The notes beneath the pieces are model-generated. The model was not told where the DNA came from, ran no database searches, and saw only the letters and a program-made list of their open reading frames with translations. DNA of 64,000 nucleotides from Lama guanicoe (Eukaryota): NCBI GenBank assembly GCA_013239625.1, contig MU053365.1, forward strand, positions 498,001-562,000, in the 5' to 3' direction. The position numbers and the translations under genes are program-made. How positions within the stretch are numbered: position 1 is the first letter of the stretch; each line of letters starts with the position of its first letter. Positions 1 to 12,457 of this stretch are shown one piece after another.

Positions 1-287
1 CCGTTCTCAAAATGAGTTAGACCTGGAACGTGTGGAATTCTCTCAGCAGATTTTTCATTGTTATTCTTTTCATCCGCTCTTAAAGGATATTAACTTATTT
101 TTATGTTCTTGCTACTCCTAAGATAAGAACACCTACGCACTCCTATGCAACTGTCCTAACCCTTTGCCTGTTCATCAGGTGGGGATGAGCACTTGCTCCA
201 GCGTGTGCCAAAGCTCTGACAACAGACTCCAGTACCGAGCACCTGGACTCCACAGCAAGCACTGCTTCTCCATAAAAAACACAAATC

Positions 288-336
288 TCACACACACACA
301 CACGCACATGGGTGTGCACATAGGTGCTCACACACA
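288..336. repeat. Imperfect (CA)n microsatellite
   Basis: Interrupted CA runs (tcacacacacacacacgcacatg...cacacacatg). Confidence 0.8.
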
Positions 337-1187
337 TGTGAAATTGATCTGAAACTACTTCATCTCTGGGCTCCGTTGATCCTCCCCGAGAAAGACAAAG
401 CAGGGGTTCACATCCCCACTGGGCAGTTGAGGTAGTGGAGGTTCTGACAGCTGAAGTTGCTTGTGCACAGCCTGACATCAGCCATAAGTGAACGCGTGCA
501 CACGTTTTCTGCGACACCAGATGGGTCTCCCGTTCGTAAGGCTGGCTAACGTGGTTCACGGAGAAATGACGAAGTAATCAGTGCCGCTTTATCTTTCAGG
601 ATCTGACAAAGAATAGGCTTCATAAGCGACAGCGCATCCTGCAGAGTTCCTAACAGCCGTGCAGATGCTGACACCTCTATGACCTGAGCCCTCCCTAGCC
701 CAGCCCAGAACAATCAGGAGAGGCCCATTTTCCACCAGAGATTAGATACCACCCATGTTCTACAGACTCTGGGTCATGCTGGGACCAGAACAAATCCAGA
801 ACAACTCGTGGGGAGCCCTACTTTGCCTGACTTAGAAGCAGAAGCTGGGTGTCCCACAGGCTGAGGGGCAGAACACAGTCTGAATTCCAGCCTCTGCTGA
901 TCTCAGGTGCAGGCCACATGCACCTGCCGCAGGGCTCCCGGCCGGCGATGCCGGGTAACTGGGATCTTGCCCTAGGCCTGGTCTTAGTCCAGGGCCCAGG
1001 AAGTAGTACCTCACTAATGTGACATGTTATTATTATGAATCTCTGAAGTTTTTACGTGTGAATCATCACTGTTATTAATTAATAACACCAAGACTAACCA
1101 AGTGATCACAGTGTGGTTACAGGCACTGATTTCCCTTGGCCTTTCTGCACCGCAAACGAAAGTGGCAGGGATGAGCATCAAACCAAT

Positions 1188-1262
1188 CTGACAGACGGAA
1201 AAACAGACACAAAGAGGTGAAGTGACTTGTCCAAGGGCACACGGTTAGCAAATGGCAGAGGC
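1188..1262 (-). mobile_element. MIR SINE core fragment
   Basis: agaggtgaagtgacttgtccaagggcacacggttagcaaatggcagag matches the reverse complement of the MIR core. Confidence 0.8.
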
Positions 1263-1868
1263 CCTTCGGTGGAGTCCCTGCATTTCGTTCTAGTAACTTG
1301 TACTGAGTAGCCATTAGGTACCAGTCACTGGGATCCCGAAGGTATAAAAAGTCGTTTCTTCCTGTGAAGAGGTCACTCTGCTTGACATGCTAACCGCCTC
1401 GGAGGGGAGCGTGCAAAGGTGTGAGGGAGGAGTCCACTGTGTGTGCACAGATGTGTGTGTCCACGTGTGTCCTTTTGCAGGCTACCATTACCTGGCACGT
1501 AGTAGATGTTCCAACAATATATGTTTAGGTTAAATAACATAACATAATACAAAGATTAAGATCCTTACCTCAAAGAGCTCAAATTGAAGAGATTAATTAG
1601 AGCCATTTCTCAAACATTTTAAGTGAATACAAATGATGGTGGTATTTCACATATTTCATTGTTCTGGTTGTAGGAGTCAGAGGGGTTCCCCGAAGATCAC
1701 TGGACTAAGAGGAAGGCGAGCTTAACTCATGTCTGAGTTTTGCCAAAAGCCCTCTGAGTGCCCCCGGTCACGTTGCTTGCCCTCTCTGAGCCTCAGTGTC
1801 CCCACCTGCAGCATGTGGCCTTTGGCCCAGATCGCCTCTAGGGGAGCTCTCAGGAGTCAGTGTTTTTA

Positions 1869-2150
1869 TTTTTTTTTAATTTAAACATTTTTTAAATTGA
1901 AGAATAGGCAGTTGACAATGTTGTGTCAATTTCTGGTGTACAGCATAATGCTTCAGTCATGCACGTACATACATATGTTCCTTTTCAGATTCTTTTTCAT
2001 TATAGGTTATTACAGATAATTGAATGTAGTTCCCTGTGCTGTACAGTAGGAACTTGTTTATCTATTTTATATACAGTAGTGTATATCTGCAAGTCCCAAA
2101 CTCTCAATTTACCCCTCCACCCCCGTTCCCCTCTGGTAACCATAAGTTTG
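1869..2150 (-). mobile_element. 5'-truncated LINE-1 3' end (cetartiodactyl type) with TSD
   Basis: T-rich tail on the left and L1 3'UTR motifs (ggtgtacagcataatgcttcagtc; ttccctgtgctgtacagtagg; ggtaaccataagtttg). Direct repeat agtgttttta at 1859-1868 and 2151-2160 fits a TT/AAAA endonuclease site. Confidence 0.9.
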
Positions 2151-3639
2151 AGTGTTTTTAATCTCTGTTTCTACCTCTTCCGCCTACCCTGCCTGCCACA
2201 GGGGAAAGGGAGCTATCGCGTTTGCAAGGGTCTCAGAAACCCTACAGTGTCGTCCACACACAGAGCGCGATGCTACTGGCCCCGCCAGCCCGGCTACAGC
2301 GCGGCCAGCAGGACCCTGCACGTGGCTGTTTAGCCAGCAGGCTGTGGGCAGCCTCAGGCTCTGTCCAGGGCCCCAGAGGAGAGGGGCTCAGTCCATCATT
2401 CCCCCTTCTCTCTGCTGAAATACCAAGACTGCAATAACTATAATTTTGGAAGTATTTACAATTGCTGGTGGTTAAAAATAATAATAAGTAGGAATAGCTG
2501 AGCAATTTTGAAACACAAACATGATGGAAGAGAAGGAGAATCAGTCCACACAGTCAGGTTGGAGCTTATCTTCCTGGCGGCTTAGACTTTAAATGACCCC
2601 CAAGTCATGGCACCTGACTGGTCTCTGACTTCCTTTGGGGGAGGGGGTTACTCTTCTTTCCTTCTTTCTTTCTTTCTCCTTCCAGGAAGTGTGTTCCCAA
2701 ATAGCACTGAAATAGGAAAGCAAATACAGATACTGGGCATCCTCCCTTCTCCAAAATGAATTTAAACCTGAAAATATTGACTCCGCACATCCTGTTTTTG
2801 TGAGTCGGGTCTGTTCATGAGACAGATCGTCAAACCAACTTTAGCTAAAGGGCCCTCCTTCTGGTGCAAAACCACATGCGTAGGGGGATTTTAAGAACTT
2901 ACCAGAAAACCTACTTTGTTTGAATAAATGATAGAGGCCCTGACAGTTCTCTGAAGAGCCAGAACTGGGGGGCGGGGTGGAGTTAGGCATCAGGGTTCCC
3001 AGAGAATGAGAGACAAGGGTCCCCAGCCTCAGGAAACCGGCAGTCCTCGATTTGCTAGTGATTGCCCCCTGGCCTCTAGGAAGCTCGGGTCTTCCCTGCG
3101 AGGAGAGGGGAGCCGTGCAGGGGTGTTAGGACTGTTATCTGCAGCAGCAGTGGGGCTGTTAAACGGAAGTGCATGACAGGAGCAGACCTTGGGATGGGCC
3201 CTGGAAGGAGCCGAGCAGCCATCAGTGAGGGGACCGGGCGCTGTGATCCGCACAGGCCACCACTCCCAGGGTGTCGTACCAAGACACAGCCCTGCTGCTG
3301 GGCAGCCCTGCAGACATGCGCACCTGCCTGCTTCTCCCGGGGGGCCTTCTTCAGGCTGGCCCTGGGAGGACAAGGGCTGCAGGATGGAGCCCTTTGACCA
3401 GGGTCAGGGAACTTGGCTGTTCCATACGAAAGTCCTCATACAATGAAGCAGGGAGCGCGGGAAGAGCTACTAGTCTCTCTCCCCTCCTCTGTCTCCTCCC
3501 CTAGGAGAGACATTGGGTTTCCCAGAATGTTTGGCCTTAAAGATGCTCACATAAAATGTACTTTTTGCTTAGGGTCTGAGGGCCTTTTGAACTCTGGCCA
3601 GACCACAATCTAGAACATTGATACCATTTGGCAAATGAG

Positions 3640-4730
3640 ATCCTAGTTGGCAGACTTGGTAATTGTCATAGACATAGTACATCTTGGCTTCAGTAAGACA
3701 CTTACCAAATCTCAGATACAACCCTTACAGCTAAGGATGGAGGTGTGTGAGGTGCATCATCGTGTATTAAGGGCGATTTACAGCGCTGCTGCATGAGCTG
3801 ACACAGACTGTTGTGTCAACAAGATCGACCCAGAAGGCAATCTCGTGAGGCTCGCCCCAGGGTTCTGTCATTTGGAGTCCTTACTTGTTTATCAGTTTTA
3901 ATAATGATAATAATGCCTTACTTTTCACTGGGCTGTTTGGTTGAAAGGAAAGTTTTCAGAAACATTATCTCATTCATTCAAAATTACAGGTGACACTAAC
4001 CTGTGAGTATTTGAAATTCAGAAAAGAACCTGCAAAACTCGTCAATAAAATGAATTTTAACAGAGGTAAGTGAAAGCTGCAATTATAGTCCCCAAACCAA
4101 GAGTAAAATTGCAGAATGAGAAAAACCATCTGACCTCGCTGTAATTCATGGGTCAAAACCCGAAGGATTTTAGTTGACCTCCAAGGAAATCTGAGGGGAT
4201 ACGGCAGCCAAAAGAACCAATGCCAGCTCAGGTGATGTGAAGGGAAGCATGATGCCCAGAGTGTGGGAGGCAAACAGCTGGCTGTACAACAACAGCACAC
4301 TGTATGGGACAGACCACATTTGAAGGAGACTCTGCCATCCTGGACGGCCCACTCCAGTTGGGGCACTTAAATCCTACGCTGTCTCAAAAGGAATGGCTAC
4401 CAGAACTGTCAGAGCTGGGACAGCTCATCACATCTATAAATGCACTTTAAGAGAACGGGGAAAATTTAGTCTGGGAGAAAAGAAAAGGGACACTGAGGGA
4501 AGGTCTGGGAGGTGCATTCTAACACCTGAAGAGCTGTCACACGGAAGAGATTTGGGACCTGCTTTGCAGACCAAGTGGTTAGGACTAGCCCTAGGGGTAC
4601 AAGTTAGCAGAGAAAGAATTTCCAGTTATGTGAGCTTTCCAACCATGGAGCCTACTGCTTTAGCAGGCAGTGAGAAGCCAATCTCTAAAGGCAGGATAGC
4701 CCCAGCCTACAGGTACTAGAACAAGGATTC
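3640..4730 (+). mobile_element. L3/CR1 LINE, decayed RT and C-terminal region
   Basis: Degenerate CR1 ORF2 motifs occur in the expected order: DIVHLGFSK (~3671, for D.VYLDFSKAFD), PQGSV (~3855), ggattttagttgac (~4165, KDLGVLVD), gcagccaaaagaaccaatgcc (~4204, AAKKAN), agaccacatttg (~4310, RPHLEY), tttagtctgggagaaaag (~4465, LFSLEKR). Confidence 0.8.
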
Positions 4731-5752
4731 CTAAAAAGGCAGGGGGAGGGGAGGGTCGTGGGCCAACTGCACTGCGTTACGTCATGTGATTATATTCTTT
4801 ATCTCTGTATAGTCGATGATATTGATGAGAAGATGCAAAACTGAATCTGGAGCAGTGGGGTTTTTTGTTTGTTTGTTTGTTTTACGTGATATACATATAA
4901 ACATGGCTGATCAAACTGGCTAATGAAATTGATCATTCTCTCAGGGGCGATGGAAGAGGAGCACTGGTGGGGAGCCTGCTCTCTCACAGTGAGATGGCTA
5001 ACAGCCCAATTTGTCTGATTGTTTGCTTAGTTCTTGGAAAGTCCAACAACAGTGGAACCACAGACCTTCCCGGGCTTGATCATTAACACTCTTGCCAACC
5101 CTCTCTAGTGGTCTCAAAACCCTGTTCCATTTAATTGAATGAATATTCTTCTGTTTGGAATGCTCTTAAGACAGTCTCCTGAGAGTGCACGTCTGATTTC
5201 TAGGCAAGCATAGGTTGGGAAGAAGTATAAAATCAACTGTTACATTAAACATAACTTCCCAACAGTGAGTCAATGCAAAATGCAATCCACCAGAAAAACA
5301 ACAACAAAAAAGGCTAATTCTTTTAAAAGTTTTGAACACTAAGTTATAATTTCATTGACATGCTATAAAAACCCTGGCCATATTCCTTCAACTAAATAGT
5401 TGACTGCTTTATTCAAAACTCTTTAGTGCTGGCAGTTGTTTCAGGGAATCTGGAAATACTCTCCATCGACCCCGGGACTGTACATGCAAAAAGTTCAGCT
5501 CACACTGGCTGCCTTCATCCTGGCAGCCCCCAAACCAGGGCTCCACTAAAAAAGAGCCTAATCAAATTTACAGTTGGGGAGCGTAGTGATCAGTGACCCC
5601 GCAGCTTCACCATGTAGTCATTCAATCAATCAATTCACCTTCTTGCCATTGCCAGATGCAATCAGTTCCATTTCATCCACAGAATATGATGGGGAAGTGT
5701 ATGGCCAAATGCAGAGCGAGCTTAGCCATACAACTTCTTCTGGACCACTTAC

Positions 5753-5776
5753 TCCTAGGTGCTGTACATTCAGACA
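5753..5776 (-). other. Candidate 24-nt microexon
   Basis: Minus strand reads ...ctttgctgcctttggtgatgtttctttgcag|TGTCTGAATGTACAGCACCTAGGA|gtaagtgg. Both splice sites are canonical and the length is a multiple of 3. No transcript evidence. Confidence 0.3.
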
Positions 5777-6054
5777 CTGCAAAGAAACATCACCAAAGGC
5801 AGCAAAGGGGGACAGACCACCACGGCGACATACTGGGCAGAATTCAACCAGATCCACTGAGTTCTGCACATTTCAGCAAGAGTAACCTGAGGCCACTTAT
5901 GGGATTTGACTCCCCAACAGATGATGGGCTTGTTAATTTCAATCCTTATCAGGACATTTGTCTCAATTAGTTGAACCAATCAGAACAGAAAACTGGCCAC
6001 CGACCTAGCAAATGTTAGATTGAAATTGTCTTCTTTGGTAAAGGCAACATTAGG

Positions 6055-6205
6055 ACAAGTTCAAGGGTAAGGAATGTAAGAACTGGCCTTTGAGAAATGT
6101 TTGGCAAAGATCAGTTGCAAGAAGGAAACCTAGGTAGAGGGCTTCCACTGAATGGTCTGAGGTTTCTCAAAGGCCATTTCTTACCTTTTTCACCCATGAA
6201 CTTGT
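6055..6205. repeat. Degenerate inverted repeat with 43-bp arms
   Basis: Arm 6055-6097 against the reverse complement of 6163-6205 matches 37/43 without gaps (hand alignment). The palindrome acctaggt (6128-6135) sits near the centre. Confidence 0.9.
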
Positions 6206-6584
6206 TTTCTTCATTCAGAAGCTAATTTTGACAATGTTACTCTTCTCCAAAGTGATTTTCAACTTCACTGTTAAGTTTCTAGCTCTTCTGTTTCAAATTA
6301 TTTTGCCATCAACTACATCCAAATGACCATCATTTAAAATACACTGGCTTGAAACAATTCCATGGGCTTTCATAAGGTTACAGCCATTTTTGGGGGGGGT
6401 CTTTTTTTTTCCAGAGCCTCTTTACTGAATGGAATGACATGCTCTATCCTCGTAGCATGAGCTACTTCTTTATGGTTAACCTCCAGTTTGCTCCTTCAGC
6501 TCCAGGTCAGCTAAAGCAATGTGATAAAACTTACACACCTTCACTGGCTTCTCCCCCAGCAGCATCCTGAATGATCTACATTGA

Positions 6585-6730
6585 ATTTCACTCATTCTAA
6601 AAACATTTATTGAGTGTCTACTCTTTGCAAAGCCTCGAAGGGCTGGGGAGCTAGAGCAGGTCCAGGTGCGGGGTGTGGCCAGACTCTGGGTAGCTAGAGG
6701 CTTCATAATCAGGGTGAGTGGCAGATAATG
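6585..6730 (-). mobile_element. L2 3' end fragment
   Basis: ttcactcattctaaaaacatttattgagtgtctactc is the reverse complement of the L2 tail. Confidence 0.7.
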
Positions 6731-8076
6731 ACAATTATTATTTATCGTTCAAAAGTAGAACTAAAATAAACCTGTCAGAGTTGGCTTTTTTTTTTTGAAT
6801 AACATGCGATTTGTTATCATGTTCCAAAAATTACCAAAGAGATCTGTTTCTCTCTCATGGCTGGACAGATACAGCGTGTGCATGCAGCCACACGGCAGTC
6901 ATTTAGAAAGCCGGCTTATGCTCTAAGTGAAAGGCACTAGAGAATGACAACTCCAGGCAAAAGGAGACAGAAGGATAAATTTCTCTCAATCCCAGTCTAA
7001 GCCTTTTCAAAGCCTTACACAAGGCGCTAGTATTCCATTTCTAAGGGCTGCTTTAGCTTTTCAAACATGATAGCTTTCTTGTAGTTTACACTTATCACAT
7101 TAAGAAAAATGGTAATGAGGAGTTCATGACAACTGCTTTTAAAAGGAACAAAAGCTCAATTGCTGGGGAAAAAAGAAGTAATATCTATTTTCATGGAAAG
7201 AGGCCTCTAGTGAACGACTTGGCCTTAGCTTTGCTCTCTCATTATTTCTGAGCTCAGTAAAAAATAAGGCACCAGGCCACCAATACAGCTGAAACTCCAG
7301 CCAATATGATTTGCATGGAATTGTCTTTCCTCTGAAACAGCTATTTCAATCTTAGAATCACAGAATCACAGCGCCAGGGGGATAAAAGAGAACTGGTTTG
7401 TCCCATTCACGTGAAATTAACTAACAAATCGATCACAAGGTGTGGGTCTAACTACTGAACACCGCCGGGCCCTCCTCCCTTGCAACACACATGCCCCCAG
7501 TGAAAAGAAAAATAAACCAACAGAGGCGTCAGACTCTTTGCAGTGGCCCAAATTTAACAACATCAAAACCACGGCTAAGCCCCCGTGAAGCTGATTCAGA
7601 AAGCCCCCCCCCCACTGTTCCAAGCTGCAGACAGGCTGAGTATTCCTGAGTGCTCGGACAGTTGCTCCTCTCTCCACATTAGTTTTTTTTCCCCTGCAAT
7701 TACTTCAAATAATGGGAAATAAATAGCTTCTTTATTCCATATGAAGAGCGGCAAAGAAGGAGCACGAGTGAGAGATGTATCTTTTTCTAAAGGGATGTCT
7801 GACTAATGGAGACAGAACATTCTCAACTCAATAGGAACGCTCCAGGGGCCAGGCGGTACAGACGGAAAACCCTGCCCCATAGGCTTGCTATAAAGCTTCA
7901 GTCCTGTGCTAAAATCAGGAAGGCAGGCCCCTCTCCACCTTGGCAGAAACAGCCACTTGCCAAGCTGCACAAGCTAGGAACAGCTACTGGTATGATACAT
8001 CTTTAGAGATCATGTCACATATCAAAGAGATACCACACACCAAGCGTTTGCGCAACAGAAACCCAATTCAATACTT

Positions 8077-8146
8077 GCATTTCACTGCCTAGTCATTTTT
8101 TTTAAATAAAAGCATTTCACTGCCTAGTCATTTTTTTTAAATAAAA
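8077..8146. repeat. Perfect 35-bp tandem duplication
   Basis: gcatttcactgcctagtcattttttttaaataaaa occurs at 8077-8111 and again at 8112-8146. Confidence 0.95.
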
Positions 8147-9105
8147 AGGTAACAATTGCACTTGGAGTCTATTATGAAAGTGTCTTTTATTAAGTGTTTC
8201 CCTTTGACATCTTTGAGGCATCCACAACTGTACTTTCAAAGCATTTGCTCATCACGAGGAAGGGATGCCTGCCAACGGCCCCCTGCCCGAAGCTTCCCTG
8301 TGGGGCTGACCCGGTGGGAATCCATTGCCCATGGCTGTCTCTAAATCCTCTTTAAACCTGTATCTGTTTTCAGCCTATACCATCTCTAGGGGTGAGCAGG
8401 TCGATACTTGTACTCCTTGCTATAAATTTAGTGAAGCACCAAAGAGAACATGCGAAGACAGCGATGTCAGACCCTTCGCTGGAAAGGGTCTGGTGAGCGA
8501 ATGTCACACTGGGCCTGAGGTAAATAAACAGCACACGGAGGACTCCCCCTCACAGAGCTGCCTCTCTCAGTCCTGGGCGTCAGACTGTGGTGTGTAATCA
8601 TTTTGTGTCCCAAAGCCTGTTGTCAGCCAGTGGTTTTATGCTGGGTACTACACACATCCTTCTTGCCAGTGCTAACGGCGCGCTGCCGTCCCCTCCGCTG
8701 TCTCCATCTCGTCTGGTCTCCCCTCATTTGCTCTGAGAAAGGAGAGAAATGCGCGAAACCACTTTTCAGCACTCCTGGTCAGGGGTTTGCAGCTGCCCAC
8801 GGAGACTGTTGTCCGGCTGACAGAAGTCAACGTGGCAGGGTCGCTGGGCTAACGAAACAAGTGTGGCAATTTGAAAAGCTGGGAAATGCCTTATGAACCA
8901 TGGAGTGGTCAAAAAAGGAAAAAGGAAAAAGGAAAAAAAAAACCCTGCACTGTATTAACGACATGAAAGGGCCTCATATATTTGATAATTAAGAAAACTA
9001 TTACAGGGGCAGTTTGAACTCCTTGTGAAGGGTGGAAACCTGGAATCCGTAGTCACACTTTGCAAGTATTCGGAATCACTGAGCCACAAGAAGGAGAATC
9101 ACAAC

Positions 9106-9286
9106 AAGGCGCTACTGTACAGCACAGGGGACTGTTCGCAATGTCCTGTAATAACCTATGATGGAAAAGGAGCTGAAAAAGAATACATACGTATACTGAT
9201 ATATACACACATATAACTGAGTCATTTTGCTGTGCACCTAAAACTAACACGACGTTGTAAATCAACTATACTTCAATAATAAAAAA
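9106..9286 (+). mobile_element. 5'-truncated LINE-1 3' end
   Basis: ctactgtacagcacagggg...ataactgagtcattttgctgtgcacctaaaactaacac...ttcaata followed by an A tail. Degenerate TSD aaggagaatcacaac (9091-9105) / aagaagactcacagc (9287-9301). Confidence 0.88.
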
Positions 9287-9670
9287 AAGAAGACTCACAG
9301 CAAAATCCAATGGAACTGGCACGCGGTTAGGGGGTCGAGTTAACTGAACGCTTCATTTATGTTACCGTTTTCAGCCACTCAGGAATCCAGGGAAGGCTTT
9401 ATTCTTGTTCTCATTTCATAGACTCAGTACCTGAGTCTTGGGGAAGAGTAATCACTGGCACAAAATAACATGGCCAGCAGGCGACGTATCAAGGACCCCC
9501 ATCCAGGTGTCTGGCTTTGGTCACTGGACTTTTGCCATCACCATGCTCCACAAGGATGAGCTCTCTAAAAGGAACCAGGCTTTCTCACCTTCCTGTACAC
9601 CAGTCCTTTCTGGGTGGATTTCGGAGCTCCATTATAATTGTTTTGAAACCACTGACCTTACTTAAGTTAC

Positions 9671-9803
9671 TTTTTATTTTTGGTAGTGGGGGTAATTAGG
9701 TTTATCTATTTATTTAATTTTTTAAATGGAGGGACTGGGGATTGAACCCAGGACCTCATGCATGCTAAGCATGTGCTCTACCACTGAGCTCTACCCTCCC
9801 CCC
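9671..9803 (-). mobile_element. tRNA-derived SINE, camelid Vic-1-like, full length
   Basis: Reverse complement GGGGGAGGGTAGAGCTCAGTGGTAGAGCACATGCTTAGCATGCATGAGGTCCTGGGTTCAATCCCCAG carries A and B boxes and is followed by ...aaacctaattaccccc and an A-rich tail. Confidence 0.85.
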
Positions 9804-10666
9804 TGCCACTTTTTTAATTCATTGTCATGTGCGGGTCACACATCCTGGATGGCAAATTAAAGACGTCTGTCTCTAAGGAACCCGGATTTATTAAATGTAC
9901 CTTGTCACCAGAATACAGTCCCATGAATGGCTGCTCACAGGACTTGGAGCATCTTAAGGTCAGTAGCCCAGGTCTTGGGTCCCTGTCACAGGGTTACATC
10001 AAGGGTGCGGGTGAGCAGCTCCCCCCATGACGTCATGGGTCATCTACAGCCTCTGGAGCAGTCCAGGCGCTGCTCGTGGTCCTTCCTTGACTGGTGCACC
10101 TTAGGTGAATATCTCAAAAGATGGACATGCTGGAGAGACTAGGAAATGGAGCATGAAACAGAGGGCGGGGAAGGAGGGAGTGACTACGAATCAGGTTTCT
10201 ATAGTACTGTTTTTCTGGGACTGCCCTTCCGGAGTCTCACATGCCCTTTCCCAGAGCCTGGGGCTGCAGGCATTATCACTCCTGCTGAACACAGGGAAAA
10301 GAACTTGCCCGAGGCCTGGACGGGGTGTGGGTACTTCCCTGCACTGCCCACCAAGCCAGGTGTACATGCCTTAAATTTCTCTCATCTTTCTTTTGCAGAA
10401 ACATTGGCTTTATCTCTTTCTACCTTCTTAGCCTGATTTGGGATTCTTTTTTATATAGGAGGGCACTGCTCAGAACTAGAGTGGTATTTGACCAATATAT
10501 TCTACATAAGCCTCAGGATGGAAATAAATTATTCAGATATACTCTAAACATGGTCGAGGGTACAGAGTCAAAAAGGTAAAACTAGACTTGGTTTTACTGA
10601 ATGATAAGACTCAGAATGGAGACCTAGAGCAGATCTTAAGGGATAATCTGGGGAGGTTCTTTTCAC

Positions 10667-10849
10667 TAGAACTTTCTGCAATGATGCAAATATTGTATTT
10701 TTGCACTGTCCAATGGTAGCCACTGGGCACGTGCGGCTACTGAGCATGTGAAATGTGCCTTACAGGCTGAGAAACTAAACTTTTATTAAAATGTAATTAA
10801 ATTTCAATAACCAGCCACACGTGGCTATTATCACTGTACTGAAGAGCAA
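10667..10849 (+). mobile_element. MER3 (hAT-Charlie MITE) inserted in a MIR
   Basis: tagaactttctgcaatgatg...ctgtccaatggtagccact...agccacacgtggcta. MIR-like pieces lie at ~10605-10650 and ~10855-10980. Confidence 0.8.
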
Positions 10850-11014
10850 AAGAGAGTCAACACTTCACCTTTACAGATGGAAACCCTGAAGCATGTCATG
10901 GTTGAGACTTGCAAGCGTCATAAAATAAGGTAGGGAGGGTCAGGACTAGCTCTGAGGTCCCTTGATGCCCAGTCCACTGTCACTGCCACACTGATTTCTT
11001 CTTCTGAACCTTCT

Positions 11015-11076
11015 GACTGAACCTAGGCCCTCGTGCATGCCAAGCACATGCTCTGCCACTGAGCTCTACCTTCCCC
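11015..11076 (-). mobile_element. Head-only fragment of the camelid tRNA-derived SINE
   Basis: gaacctaggccctcgtgcatgccaagcacatgctctgccactgagctctaccttcccc aligns to 9744-9803; the tail is absent. Confidence 0.8.
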
Positions 11077-11896
11077 ACCTCAACACTGCTTTCTTCTTAA
11101 CCCCCATTCTTCCAAAGGCTGGCACTATGTGGTCTTTACTCCATGACACGGACCAGACTCTGACGCATGGGGGTGGAGCCTCCGTATCAGAGCTCTGTCC
11201 CCCTTTGTATGTAAGTGCAGATTCGGCACTTTCTAACTCACACGCTGCCCGGGGACAGCGGGCTGAGTCTTCCTGTTAGCGTGTCATCCTGGGGAGGGCG
11301 GGCTTCGGGGCAGTGCTCAGCTTTGTCACAGCCTTTGCTGTGAGGCTGAGAGTGTGTAATGGAAACAGCGTACAGGCTTCCAGCGACAAAAAGGTCTGGA
11401 AAACCCACTCTGGAGGAAAGAACACATGTCATGGAAGCTTCTTCCTTGAGACCGCAATAATCATAGGCACAGTGAATGGTACCCAGCCAGCCCCTTTAAC
11501 ATTATTCGAGAGATGCCTGTTGTCTCTCCTCTCTCCAGTGACAGGAGCGTATGGGGCTCTACCTTGGCCTTTCATTAATGCCTTGTTTACAGTGGTAATG
11601 CCAACATTATTGCACTTTGACAAGCAATATTAAAAATAGGCTCAAGCAATGGTATTAAATCATAATAGGCAATGGAAAAACTAAGTACAAAAAGTGGTGC
11701 TAAATATATTATTTGGAGAAATAAGAAATCGAGTCATTATAGTACCTAATATTTGTGTAAATATTCTACTCACTAAACACTATTATCTGCTTATTAACAT
11801 ACAATATCTTCACGGAAAATCAAATAATGATTTTACCGTGGGTGGAAATGACACTACGGGGTCATTTTCTTTAACCATTCCTCTACAAATCTAAGT

Positions 11897-12450
11897 CATT
11901 CAGTAAACACAGTGCACTTACTCTGTGTACTTTTTCTATACCTACACTCGTCAGCTTTGTGTGCATACGTGTGTAGGGGGTGGATTCTGGGCTAGGGCAA
12001 AGGGACAGAGAGATGAGTCTGCTACAGACTCGACTCTAAGGGACCTCACACTGTCATAAGAGGCACCCCCCAACATACAAAGGTGACAAGTGTAGATAAT
12101 GAAAGTACTGAGGGGACCCAGAAGAGGGAGAGTTTCATTTCATTTGGACAGTATTAGAGCTGCAGAGAAGACATGATCTCTGTGTTGGCTCTTCTGTGGT
12201 GTGAACAGGAGTTGGCCACGCAGACAAGAGTGGGTGGGGTTCCAGGTAGAGGGAGAAGCCAACACACAGAGGCCATGAAATGAGAGGAAACTGGCAGGAT
12301 TGAGGGAAGGAAAGAAGTCTGTGAAGGGTGGAGAAAAGCGCACATGGTTGGGAAAAGTGAAGAGATGAGGTAGGTGTGAATGATGGCATAAAGCAAAGGC
12401 CTTGACTGCCAAGATGAGGATTTTGGAGTTTATCCTCTAGGTCCTCGGAA
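11897..12450 (-). mobile_element. L2 3' region
   Basis: Tail-like cattcagtaaacacagtgcacttactctgtg is followed by purine-rich antisense L2 sequence ending in ggattttggagtttatcct. Confidence 0.65.
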
Positions 12451-12457
12451 AGCACAG

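Noticed and set aside
428..450. TGAGGTAGT, matching the let-7 5' end
   Set aside because: Only 9 nt match, the rest diverges, and I see no complementary arm for a precursor hairpin.
9725..9803. tRNA-like sequence with A and B boxes
   Set aside because: It is the head of a SINE with the SINE tail attached, not a tRNA gene.
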